From positions 2,191 to 53,000 of the forward strand of contig MFDD01000006.1 in the NCBI GenBank assembly GCA_001776775.1: 50,810 nt of DNA, read 5' to 3'. Origin of the DNA: Candidatus Daviesbacteria bacterium RIFCSPHIGHO2_02_FULL_43_12. GTDB taxonomy: Bacteria; Patescibacteriota; Microgenomatia; Daviesbacterales; UBA10151. The position numbers were made by a program, and so were the translations under genes. The notes beneath the pieces are model-generated. The model did no database searches and was not told the DNA's origin. It saw only the letters and a program-made list of their open reading frames with translations. The first letter of the stretch is position 1. Each line of letters begins with the position of its first letter. Shown here piece by piece: positions 1-8,281 of the stretch.

Positions 1-1
1 C

Positions 2-496
2 GGTCTGACAACTGCCGTCAACCAGGTTTTGGTTGTCTGGACAGCCACATACCCTACCTGGATCGGACTTTTCTTCATGCCCATCGGCAAATCTTTTCAG
101 CCAATATATATGGGAGGTTCCAGCGTCATCGTTTAAGCAGGCTTCGTCATCATAGGTCACATCTCCATGACCTTGGTCGACTGGAGGCTGATTATCTGAA
201 TTTGGATTAGTACCCGTATCGGGGTTGGGACAGCTAATTGGTTCAGCGCAAGAGTTTTTATCACAAAAAGCCTGACCATTTTCGTCAGTGGAAAAGTAGT
301 GCCAATAAACAGTGCCCTGACAGTTATTACCGGCATCACAGGAATCTCCGGTTGGAGCTCCGATCTGATACTGATCAGGAGCACCACAAGCCACTGGATC
401 CTCAGCCCGAACAGGCGTGACCACGGTCAAAAATGGCGTGACCAGCATGAGTAGTGACAAAAACAGGCAGATAGCTTTACGCAGAAAAATGTTCAT
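2..496 (-). CDS. Secreted Cys-rich protein, 5' part only (runs off the left edge; absent from the ORF track)
   Basis: Manual translation: MNIFLRKAICLFLSLLMLVTPFLTVVTPVRA-EDPVACG...CDAGNNCQG...FCDKNSCAEPISCP...VCGCPDNQNLVDGSCQT, open to the edge. Signal peptide with VRA cleavage site; ATGA overlap with the upstream gene's stop. Confidence 0.8.
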   Translation of the reverse strand, partial: MNIFLRKAICLFLSLLMLVTPFLTVVTPVRAEDPVACGAPDQYQIGAPTGDSCDAGNNCQGTVYWHYFSTDENGQAFCDKNSCAEPISCPNPDTGTNPNSDNQPPVDQGHGDVTYDDEACLNDDAGTSHIYWLKRFADGHEEKSDPGRVCGCPDNQNLVDGSCQT

Positions 497-1266
497 TGCT
501 TAGCTTTCGATAAAACTATATCCGGAACAGGCGTCAGCTGATTAAGTTTTAACTGCGCCTGAATCTGACCCCGAAGGCCAGCTTCGACAACCAATTTGAT
601 AGTTGTAGCCGGAGTCAAAGGAAAAAGCTCTTTGCCACCATTTACTTTAACATTGGCCAGATCCAGCTGCCAGGCCCCGTTAGCGGTGGTCAGAACAGCC
701 AAAGTGGCAGAATTAGTCGCATTTTTTAAAGTCAGATAGACGATCACTCCTGCAGCAGGAGTCTTTCTATCTGGTTCGAGAATTTTTCCATAAACCGGAT
801 TTGGCACTGTCGCCGCATTAAAAGTAGGTAGGGTTTTGAAAGAATAAAGCTTGGAACTCCAGATTCCTTGATAAACCCGAGCAAAATAAGTAGTCTCGGG
901 AGTCAGCCCATCTAGGGTTATCAAATGTGTATCTAGTCGGATATTACGATCAAAAACCTGCAGCTGGTCGTCCAATAAACCTCGTTTTAGATTGGGAAAC
1001 ACTCCGAATTTGCCAGATTTATTGACATACAATCGACCCTTAGTGGGCAGGTTGCTGGCCCAGGACAGTGTGACAGACCGATCCGAGACATTAGAAACTA
1101 CTATCGACTTTATTTCCGGATGAGGCTCCAGAGTTAAAGAGATCAGCCAAAGAACTAAAACCAGAGCCATAGTTCCTATAGCAAATATCAGTAGCTTAAG
1201 AGGCGATTTAAATAGACTAGAAATTTTGACCAGGAGGATGCGCAGAATGGAATTTGGGGCAGGCAT
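493..1266 (-). CDS. Membrane-anchored fibronectin type III / purple-acid-phosphatase N-terminal-like domain protein with carboxypeptidase-regulatory-like C-terminal domain
   Basis: N-terminal TM; VSNVSDRSVTLSW...HLITLDGLTPETTYF (FN3); PVYGKIL...GVIVYL...TTANGAW. Confidence 0.7.
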   Translation of the reverse strand: MPAPNSILRILLVKISSLFKSPLKLLIFAIGTMALVLVLWLISLTLEPHPEIKSIVVSNVSDRSVTLSWASNLPTKGRLYVNKSGKFGVFPNLKRGLLDDQLQVFDRNIRLDTHLITLDGLTPETTYFARVYQGIWSSKLYSFKTLPTFNAATVPNPVYGKILEPDRKTPAAGVIVYLTLKNATNSATLAVLTTANGAWQLDLANVKVNGGKELFPLTPATTIKLVVEAGLRGQIQAQLKLNQLTPVPDIVLSKAKQ

Positions 1267-1290
1267 ACATTTATATTAATAAATAAAAGT

Positions 1291-1707
1291 CTAATTAGAA
1301 AGAGGTAACACTACCCAACCGCGGCGGTTCGACTTAGGGACCTTCAGAGGAGAGGTTATAAATCGTTCAACCCTATCAATGAAAATAACTGTCCCAAACT
1401 GCGCACTTTCTTTATTCTTAAAGTAACTGACATCCTGTTCCATAGACCCGAAACTCAAATCTTTTCCATAAGCTTTTTTGATTATTTCAAAGTCTGTTTG
1501 GTCCAATCCTTCAAAAAAAAGTACCTTTTTAACTATAAACTGCCCGGAGATCTCCTGACCAGACGGCTTGATAAAAACTACATCTCCTTTGCTGACCTGG
1601 CCAAAAGGAACGAGTCTTTTATTGCTGAAACGCGTTTCGATGGTTTTACGGCCAGCGAAAATCTCTTTAACGGCTTGAGGAGTAAAAATAGCTAAGTGCC
1701 GGCGCAT
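1291..1707 (-). CDS. ASCH/PUA-like domain protein
   Basis: IFAGRKTIETR (GxKxxExR) and GDVVFIK motifs. Confidence 0.75.
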   Translation of the reverse strand: MRRHLAIFTPQAVKEIFAGRKTIETRFSNKRLVPFGQVSKGDVVFIKPSGQEISGQFIVKKVLFFEGLDQTDFEIIKKAYGKDLSFGSMEQDVSYFKNKESAQFGTVIFIDRVERFITSPLKVPKSNRRGWVVLPLSN

Positions 1708-1723
1708 ATATAGCTATCTTAGA

Positions 1724-1765
1724 TCGCAAATCTCAAATGTCAAATCTTGAATGTCAAATCTAGCA
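1724..1765. repeat. 7-bp-period array (TCTCAAA/TGTCAAA)
   Basis: tcgcaaa tctcaaa tgtcaaa tcttgaa tgtcaaa tctagca, between divergent genes. Confidence 0.85.
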
Positions 1766-1790
1766 AACTGTGCTATCATTAACACCTAAT

Positions 1791-1991
1791 ATGGCTGCAA
1801 AAATCCGAATTCCCGGCATTGACTTTTTGAGAGAGGTTAAGGTAGAATTGTCAAAAGTTATCTGGCCTAGCCGGCTAGAGACGGTTAAGCTTACGACAAT
1901 TGTTATTGTAGTCACAATTATCGTAGGCTTTTTTGTTTTAGGAATAGACTACGTACTAGCTTTTCTTTTGAAGCTAATAACTAGAACATAA
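1791..1991 (+). CDS. secE: Preprotein translocase subunit SecE
   Basis: FLREVKVELSKVIWPSR plus a single TM; precedes nusG. ATG at 1791 preferred over GTG at 1770, which overlaps a TGcTATCAT -10 box. Confidence 0.95.
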   Translation: MAAKIRIPGIDFLREVKVELSKVIWPSRLETVKLTTIVIVVTIIVGFFVLGIDYVLAFLLKLITRT

Positions 1992-2013
1992 GGAATGCAG
2001 ACTAAACTAATTT

Positions 2014-2859
2014 ATGACAGACGATAATACCAATTTAATACAAGATGACGTAGCTACCGACCAGGCAGATGTCACTACCATATCCGAACCTACCCAGGAT
2101 CAGGTAGAAGCGCTGAACGAAGAGACCTCAGACGATATGGCAGCCCACGAAGGTCAGGAGTCGAATGTGACTAATGAGTCGAACGAATCGGAAGCTAAGC
2201 AACAAGAAGAACTTGAACCTTCGACTCCTCCGACTCAGGCCGAAGGCCTAGACCCCTCCGACTCAAGTGAAGAACCAGCTAATAGCTCAGACGACCAACT
2301 TGCCACCGAAACGGCTACCCCGTCTGACAACCCTAACGCCCGCTGGTATATCGTACATACCGCTTCCGGGCATGAAAACCGAGTGGCCGCCGCCCTAAAA
2401 CAGCGTATCGAATCTGAACACCTGGAAGACAAGATCCTTGATGTCCTGGTCCCCACCCAGGATAAAATCGAGATCAAAAGCGGTAAAAAAGCCACTGTTA
2501 AAGAAAAGATCTTTCCTGGATATATCCTCGTTAAAATGATTTTAGACGACATCTCTTGGCTCTCTGTCCGCACAACTCCAGGGGTAACAGCTTTTGTGGG
2601 TATCGGTAATAAACCCACCCCTATTCCCGAGCATGAGGTGCGCACAATTATCAAGTTTATGACCCAAGGTGCCGCTCCTACCTTTAAAGATGTCTTTATG
2701 CCGAATGATACTGTCAAGATCGTTGACGGACCATTTACTGACTTTATCGGCAAGGTTGACTCTGTAGACAAAGAACATGGCAAGGTCCGGATATTAGTTT
2801 CTATCTTCGGACGAGAAACCCCAGTCGAGCTCGATTTTCTACAAGTCACCAAGCTTTAA
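2014..2859 (+). CDS. nusG: Transcription termination/antitermination factor NusG with long acidic N-terminal extension
   Basis: WYIVHTASGHE, KIFPGYILV, KOW motif DGPFTDFIGKV, FGRETPVEL. Confidence 0.97.
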   Translation: MTDDNTNLIQDDVATDQADVTTISEPTQDQVEALNEETSDDMAAHEGQESNVTNESNESEAKQQEELEPSTPPTQAEGLDPSDSSEEPANSSDDQLATETATPSDNPNARWYIVHTASGHENRVAAALKQRIESEHLEDKILDVLVPTQDKIEIKSGKKATVKEKIFPGYILVKMILDDISWLSVRTTPGVTAFVGIGNKPTPIPEHEVRTIIKFMTQGAAPTFKDVFMPNDTVKIVDGPFTDFIGKVDSVDKEHGKVRILVSIFGRETPVELDFLQVTKL

Positions 2860-2911
2860 ACTAATAGGTCTTCAAAATTATTCATTGCGCGGAGTGGTGT
2901 ATAATATTTAT

Positions 2912-3235
2912 ATGAATAATTTAGACACTATTCCTGGGTCCCCACAACCATCTGCTGAAGTTCCAAAACTGACTCAGGAAAATATTAAACATCCTGCACG
3001 GGGCATACTTGGCAGAGCTCTTTACTTTGCCGGTGCTCTTAGAGATAGAATCGTTCATTTTGCTACAAAGCCCGTTAACCCAATTGATGGCAGTTCTAGT
3101 TACCAGAGGTCCTCAGTACTGATACCGCCGTACTTGTCGGAACCGCAAAATCCTCCGGAAGCTACTCCCGAGCAGCCCTTAAGAGCCACTATCAAAGAGG
3201 TTACTCGTAATCTTCCGCTTTTTCCCCAGGGCTAA
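2912..3235 (+). CDS. Hypothetical Pro-rich protein
   Basis: ORF; TATAAT about 7 nt before MNNLDT suggests this ATG is the start. Confidence 0.55.
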   Translation: MNNLDTIPGSPQPSAEVPKLTQENIKHPARGILGRALYFAGALRDRIVHFATKPVNPIDGSSSYQRSSVLIPPYLSEPQNPPEATPEQPLRATIKEVTRNLPLFPQG

Positions 3236-3294
3236 ACTTAAAAATTTAGATTATTTTTAAGTTTAACTACGACAAACATGCTATCATTATATCT

Positions 3295-3792
3295 ATGCCT
3301 GAAACGCCTGAACAAATTGCCGCTGCCAATGCTTCGGCCAAAGAAGAATTTCGGCAGAGTGTTTTAGCTGGTGTAGCACACGCTGCGGAAGAGGAAAAAA
3401 AGACTACTCTTGTTGAACCTGAAGAATCTATTCAACAACCATCCGTTCCTTTAAAAGAAAGGCTCCATCAATGGAGTATCAAAGCTCGAGCTGGACTACG
3501 GCTTATACCTGAGGTCTTGACCATGAGAGATCGGGCTTGGGAAAATTATGCAGTTCGAGTTATTCGAAATGAACCGGGTCTCTCACCTAGGTTAATTACA
3601 ACTCTAGTTACTGAGGATCCAAAAAAATTCTTCGATGATCCTCGTTTTCGAGAAGTCTTAGCAGACAAGGCTGGATCAAACTTTAATCCAGTCGACGACT
3701 CTGCAATCCTGAGGCGTTCTATCATGCAGGCTCCTAATACATCTGCAGCACGAGCTCAATTAGAATCCAAACTACGAGTGACAGCTCCTTAA
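3295..3792 (+). CDS. Hypothetical protein
   Basis: 165-aa ORF with TGcTATCAT 7 nt before the ATG. Confidence 0.65.
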   Translation: MPETPEQIAAANASAKEEFRQSVLAGVAHAAEEEKKTTLVEPEESIQQPSVPLKERLHQWSIKARAGLRLIPEVLTMRDRAWENYAVRVIRNEPGLSPRLITTLVTEDPKKFFDDPRFREVLADKAGSNFNPVDDSAILRRSIMQAPNTSAARAQLESKLRVTAP

Positions 3793-3856
3793 CCCCAACC
3801 TCTTGCAAATCGAATCTAAAAAAGAGATAATACTCAGGTCAAATTAGTTCACAGCT

Positions 3857-4285
3857 ATGCCTGTACGCAAGATTAAAACTCTAATTAAACTCAATATCCC
3901 TGCTGGGGCTGCTACCGCTGCTCCTCCGGTCGGTCCAGCTCTGGGACAACATGGTCTGCCGATCATGGACTTTGTGAAACAATACAATGAACGCACCAAA
4001 GAACGGATGGGCAATATCTTACCGGTGGTGATCACCGCTTATGATGATAGGACCTTTACTTTTATTACCAAAGAACCACCTGTGGCTGAAATGATTAAGA
4101 AAGCTTTGCAGGTTGAAAAAGGTTCTGGCAAAGCCGGACGCGAATTTGCTGGCACTCTGTCCAAGAGTCAGGTTGAGGAGATTGCTAAAGCCAAGATGCC
4201 AGATTTAAATGCCAATTCTGTTGAAGCGGCCATGAAGGTCGTTGAAGGTACAGCCAGATCAATGGGAGTGAAAGTGGCAGCGTAG
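3857..4285 (+). CDS. rplK: 50S ribosomal protein L11
   Basis: [33 protein letters not shown]. Confidence 0.98.
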   Translation: MPVRKIKTLIKLNIPAGAATAAPPVGPALGQHGLPIMDFVKQYNERTKERMGNILPVVITAYDDRTFTFITKEPPVAEMIKKALQVEKGSGKAGREFAGTLSKSQVEEIAKAKMPDLNANSVEAAMKVVEGTARSMGVKVAA

Positions 4286-4327
4286 CTGCCATCCTGAGCT
4301 AGTGAGACGAGTCGAAGGATCCAAAAA

Positions 4328-5095
4328 ATGAAGAAATTAACGGAAGAAACAAAAGAACCAACAGAGAAAAAAATAGCAACTGCTAATAAGGCAGAAACTC
4401 CTGCTAAGAAAAAAGCCAAACTCTCTAAGGTAGCTAAAAAAACCACTAAAAAGGCCCGAAAACAAACTCGGGGAACAAAATATCAAGCAAAGGCCGAGCT
4501 GGTCGAAAGAGTCCGCAAATACCCCCTTACTGAGGCCATCGATTTGGCCAAACAAACTTCGTATACCAAGTTTCCAACTACCTTAGCCGTCCACATTAAT
4601 ACTTCCCAAGCAGGCGTCCGTGGACTAGTCACCCTTCCCTTTGCTGCTGGAAAAAAGCTCAGAGTTTTGGCTTTTGGTAAAGGGGCCAGCGAATCCGGAG
4701 CAGACCTGGTTGGAACCGATGAGACAGTCGCTGCGATTGAAAAATCCAAGATCGACTTTGATGTGGTGGTAGCTACTCCTGACTGGATGCCCAGACTAGC
4801 TAAAGTCGCTCGGGTTCTGGGTCCTCGGGGTCTGATGCCTAATCCGAAATCCGGAACTATTACCGATAATCTGGCTAAAGCTGTGGCTGAGCTGCAATCC
4901 GGAAAGACAGAATACAAGACTGAACCAAACGGTAAGGTGATTCATTTAGGCGTTGGCAAAGCTGAACAGTCAACCGCCGAGATCGCCGCCAATATCAAAA
5001 CCCTCTTTACCACTATCGGTAAATCCCGAGTCCAGCAGCTGGTCATCGCCCCAACCATGGGTCTAGGGGTCAAAATCGACCCAGCTTCAATATAA
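4328..5095 (+). CDS. rplA: 50S ribosomal protein L1 with Lys-rich N-terminal extension
   Basis: FDVVVATPDWM, LGPRGLMPNPKSGT, PTMG; follows rplK. Confidence 0.96.
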   Translation: MKKLTEETKEPTEKKIATANKAETPAKKKAKLSKVAKKTTKKARKQTRGTKYQAKAELVERVRKYPLTEAIDLAKQTSYTKFPTTLAVHINTSQAGVRGLVTLPFAAGKKLRVLAFGKGASESGADLVGTDETVAAIEKSKIDFDVVVATPDWMPRLAKVARVLGPRGLMPNPKSGTITDNLAKAVAELQSGKTEYKTEPNGKVIHLGVGKAEQSTAEIAANIKTLFTTIGKSRVQQLVIAPTMGLGVKIDPASI

Positions 5096-5163
5096 ATTAA
5101 AGTCATTAAGGTAATTAGAGCGATTAAAGCTTCATTAACGAAGCTAAAATCTGGGAAAAATAG

Positions 5164-5275
5164 CTCAGAGTGATGAGTTAAGAGTTCAGAGTAAAAATAA
5201 CTCTGCACTCTACATTCTACACTCTTAATTCTCGTCGCTCTTTCCTTGACTCTTGACCCTTGCCACTTGTCACTC
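5164..5275. repeat. Inverted pair of 7-bp arrays plus a third (CTTGNCN) array
   Basis: ctcagag tgatgag ttaagag ttcagag / spacer / ctctgca ctctaca ttctaca ctcttaa; then cttgact cttgacc cttgcca cttgtca. Confidence 0.85.
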
Positions 5276-5295
5276 CTGTCTATTACTATTAAGGT

Positions 5296-6228
5296 ATGCT
5301 CAAGCTGCCATTTGCAATTCCCCGTTTGGGAATAACCCAAATAATTATTCTGGTCTTTACAATCCTGACGGCTATTATTCCAATCACGGTTTTCTTGCTG
5401 TCTCAAAGTTATCGCTCCAGCAGTCATGCCTCTGAGCAAATAGATCAAAGTACCGGCCCCAAGACCACATCCCATGAAGTTCCCAAGGATTCACCTATTA
5501 AAGACCTCTTAGATAACTCCGCTTCAAATCCCCAGGCTTCTCCCGGTACCGAATCCGGGTCTGCTGATGAAGGTTTAACTGGACTAACTGCTCAGATAGT
5601 CGGACCGACCCTGGATTTTATTATCCAGCTCGAAGGACGACCTGCCAGCAGCCAAGCCGCAAAAATCTTTTTAGGAATAGCTACCGGCTCAGCTCAGCTT
5701 AAACCCAATTATTTATTGTCCTTTGCCATAGACGTACCGGCCAGCGGCAGCTACCAAGGGCTTTCTATCCAAGGACTAACTGTTGGCAGTGAGTATACCG
5801 CCTACCTCAAAGGTCCTCAGCAGATTGCTACCTCTTCGGCCTTTACTGTTAGTCCGAATAAAGCCAATCTAAACCCAACTGGAAACCCTCTCTTGATGCT
5901 GACTGGGGACTTAAACGACGATAATCGTATCGACTCCTCAGACCAGACTATCGCCGATAAAGCCACTGGTTCGAATAAAACATCGGGCAACTGGAATCCG
6001 ATCGTGGACTTTAATCTTGATGGAGTGGTCAATAACTTTGACCTCAATTATGTACGTAAAAACCAGGGTCTAACCGGAGCCTCGGGAGCCTGGTATTCTA
6101 GTCCTCCCATTGCCTCAAAGTCAGCATCCCTCGATACCTCACAAGCTATTGGTTCGCCTCTGTTGGAGTCTCCGTATAAACCCCAGGGGGTCTCTGATGG
6201 GTATTGGATGTGGATGCCGAGCTTCTAA
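5296..6228 (+). CDS. Membrane-anchored dockerin type I (EF-hand pair) domain protein
   Basis: N-terminal TM; GDLNDDNRIDSSD and DFNLDGVVNNFDL calcium loops. Confidence 0.8.
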   Translation: MLKLPFAIPRLGITQIIILVFTILTAIIPITVFLLSQSYRSSSHASEQIDQSTGPKTTSHEVPKDSPIKDLLDNSASNPQASPGTESGSADEGLTGLTAQIVGPTLDFIIQLEGRPASSQAAKIFLGIATGSAQLKPNYLLSFAIDVPASGSYQGLSIQGLTVGSEYTAYLKGPQQIATSSAFTVSPNKANLNPTGNPLLMLTGDLNDDNRIDSSDQTIADKATGSNKTSGNWNPIVDFNLDGVVNNFDLNYVRKNQGLTGASGAWYSSPPIASKSASLDTSQAIGSPLLESPYKPQGVSDGYWMWMPSF

Positions 6229-6229
6229 A

Positions 6230-6333
6230 CGCACCAACTTTTCGGATAAATCTCTTGATCTGTACTCGGTCGAGGTCACTCGGACCTCGAAAACAGGATA
6301 CCTTCCTTTTGATCGCACCAATATTTCGGATAA
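6230..6333. repeat. 20-bp direct repeat pair flanking a perfect 8-bp hairpin
   Basis: cgcaccaacttttcggataa (6230-6249) and cgcaccaatatttcggataa (6314-6333); TCGAGGTC-actcg-GACCTCGA between them. Confidence 0.8.
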
Positions 6334-6377
6334 CTTGACACTAATCTAGGCTATAGGATACAATTCAAAATAGAAAT

Positions 6378-6782
6378 ATGCGATCAGAACTTTCAAGACG
6401 TGTTGAGACAGTTCGTAAAGCAGCTGCAAGAGCAGGGATACTTGCTCTGGCTGTCCTTCCTTTGGCCTTACTTCCAACTGGTGCTGCTGCTCAGGAAGCT
6501 GTTACGCCAGCTAAGAGCTGCGTTAAGGATGCACTAGTACGTATCGAATCTTTGGGTGATGGATGGCACAATGTGCATTCCCGGGGAGATTGTTCTGAAT
6601 ACTATGGCGGAGTCTGGAGAACTAACCGTGCTGGCGGTGAGGTAGTTGCGATCAGAACCGGAAGATTACCAGATGGTACAGTCTGCCGATATAATGTACA
6701 TCAGGCAGGCGAAATGTATGCTGGCGGACTCTGGGGAGATCCTAAATGTAATGGTAAGGGTGTTAATGCCCTTCAGCGATAA
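6378..6782 (+). CDS. Small secreted protein with four Cys
   Basis: Signal peptide (basic N-region, hydrophobic core, AAA-Q); TTGACA-N18-TACAAT promoter upstream. Confidence 0.7.
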   Translation: MRSELSRRVETVRKAAARAGILALAVLPLALLPTGAAAQEAVTPAKSCVKDALVRIESLGDGWHNVHSRGDCSEYYGGVWRTNRAGGEVVAIRTGRLPDGTVCRYNVHQAGEMYAGGLWGDPKCNGKGVNALQR

Positions 6783-6809
6783 TCCTCACCACCCACAAAG
6801 CCCTCTAGG

Positions 6810-6839
6810 TTGACAAGTCACATACCGATCGGTTAAGAT
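6810..6839 (+). promoter_or_regulatory. Sigma70-type promoter of rplJL
   Basis: TTGACA-N18-TAAGAT. Confidence 0.7.
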
Positions 6840-6844
6840 ACTCC

Positions 6845-6995
6845 AGCTTGAGAAAGTATGCATCCTGAGCGAAGTCGAAGGAATAAGTCATACCGAGGCG
6901 TTAAGTAGATCGTTAATCGTTGGTCGTTAATCGAAAAGTCGATACACGATACATGATAATCGATACACCAAAACTCCTCGAAGAGGAGTTTTTTT
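6845..6995 (+). promoter_or_regulatory. Probable L10-leader-type attenuator
   Basis: 5' UTR of rplJ with ACCGAGG element; ends in terminator hairpin aaaactcctc-gaa-gaggagttttttt directly before the ATG. Confidence 0.55.
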
Positions 6996-7526
6996 ATGCC
7001 TAAAACACGCGCGCAAAAAGAAGATACAGTCAAAACCCTAACCGATCAGCTCTCCAGAGCTAAATCGGTGGTTTTTGCTAACTACCAAGGTCTGACCATG
7101 TCTCAGCTCTCTGTTTTGCGCTCTGAACTCCGCACTCAAAACGCTACCTTTAATATCACTAAGAACAATCTGCTTAAAATTGCTTTGAAAGGTGCTCATC
7201 TCCCAGAAACAGACGCAGGATCGATCACTGGTCCTATCGCTACCCTCCTGACCTTTGAAGACGAAATTACTCCTATCAAAGCCCTGACCAAAGCTATTAA
7301 AGATAACGGTATCGGTGAGATTAAGGGAGGTTTGCTTGACGGTGAATTTATGACTGCTTCAAAAGTAGTTCAACTCTCTACTCTTCCTAGCAAAGATCAG
7401 CTACGCGCTCAGGTAGTAGGTGCACTCGGATCTCCCTTGTATGGTATTGTCGGTGTGCTGCAGGCTAATTTACGCAATCTGGTTTATGCTCTGGATCAAA
7501 TCCGAATATCGAGAGGAGGTGAGTAA
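6996..7526 (+). CDS. rplJ: 50S ribosomal protein L10
   Basis: YQGLTM...LR...KNNLLKIAL, LPSKDQL. Confidence 0.96.
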   Translation: MPKTRAQKEDTVKTLTDQLSRAKSVVFANYQGLTMSQLSVLRSELRTQNATFNITKNNLLKIALKGAHLPETDAGSITGPIATLLTFEDEITPIKALTKAIKDNGIGEIKGGLLDGEFMTASKVVQLSTLPSKDQLRAQVVGALGSPLYGIVGVLQANLRNLVYALDQIRISRGGE

Positions 7527-7629
7527 ATAGTTAATAGTACGTTCGCTACGCTCACTTTTGGTTCGTAGTTCATAGTAGAACTACCACGAACCACGAACTA
7601 CAAGCGTAAGCGTACTATGAACCAACACT
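7524..7629. repeat. Inverted 7-bp arrays between rplJ and rplL
   Basis: taaatag ttaatag ... gttcgta gttcata gtag / ctaccac gaaccac gaactac ... tactatg aaccaac. Confidence 0.8.
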
Positions 7630-8139
7630 ATGACTGACGAAAATACAAATACTGAAGAAGTAAAAGAAGAAGCTAAAGTTGAAGAAGCTCCTGCCTCGTC
7701 TGACGCGAGTCAAGACGGGCCTAAAGAGGAGAAAAAAGCTTCCAAAGAAGTTTCCAAAGGGCTGTCTGACATCATCGAGAAAATCGAAAAACTATCTGTT
7801 TTAGAGCTCGCTGATTTAGTACATGCATTAGAAGACAAATTTGGTGTTACCGCTGCCGCCCCTATGGCTGTAGCTGGTGCGACAAGTGGTGCACCGACTG
7901 GTGACGCCACCCCAGCTGAAGAACAGACATCATTTGATGTTATTTTAACTAGTGCCGGAGCCAATAAGATCGGGGCTATTAAAGCAGTTCGAGAAATCGT
8001 TCCAACTTTAGGCTTAAAAGAAGCTAAAGATTTGGTTGAAGCTGCTCCAAAACCTGTCTTAGAAGGCGTCAAGAAGGAAGCTGCCGAAGAGGCTAAGGCC
8101 AAACTGACAGCTGCAGGCGCTACTGTGGAACTGAAGTAA
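7630..8139 (+). CDS. rplL: 50S ribosomal protein L7/L12 with acidic N-terminal extension
   Basis: [10 protein letters not shown]...[35 protein letters not shown]. Confidence 0.97.
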   Translation: MTDENTNTEEVKEEAKVEEAPASSDASQDGPKEEKKASKEVSKGLSDIIEKIEKLSVLELADLVHALEDKFGVTAAAPMAVAGATSGAPTGDATPAEEQTSFDVILTSAGANKIGAIKAVREIVPTLGLKEAKDLVEAAPKPVLEGVKKEAAEEAKAKLTAAGATVELK

Positions 8140-8159
8140 TTTTCAGTGCAATCTCTATA

Positions 8160-8202
8160 AAGAGGGCTAACCAAGTCAATTCCGGTTAGCTCTCTTTTTT
8201 TG
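8160..8202 (+). terminator. Rho-independent terminator after rplL
   Basis: agagggctaacc ... ggttagctctct followed by a T run. Confidence 0.85.
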
Positions 8203-8281
8203 TGGTTGAATTAAAAAAACTTAAGCCTGTAGTTAAAATACTTCTTGTCCTATAATTAATTATTTGTTTGTAGCTGAGTCA

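Noticed and set aside
2235-2852. Long antisense ORFs over nusG (likewise over rplA, rplL, mreB and the giant gene)
   Set aside because: Shadows of well-supported genes on the opposite strand, with no recognisable motifs.
4942-5475. 177-aa minus-strand ORF
   Set aside because: Overlaps rplA and the dockerin gene antisense and runs through repeat arrays.
6230-6333. Mini CRISPR array or dif site
   Set aside because: Only two 20-bp repeats with a 64-bp spacer and no cas genes; does not fit the 11-6-11 XerC/XerD layout.
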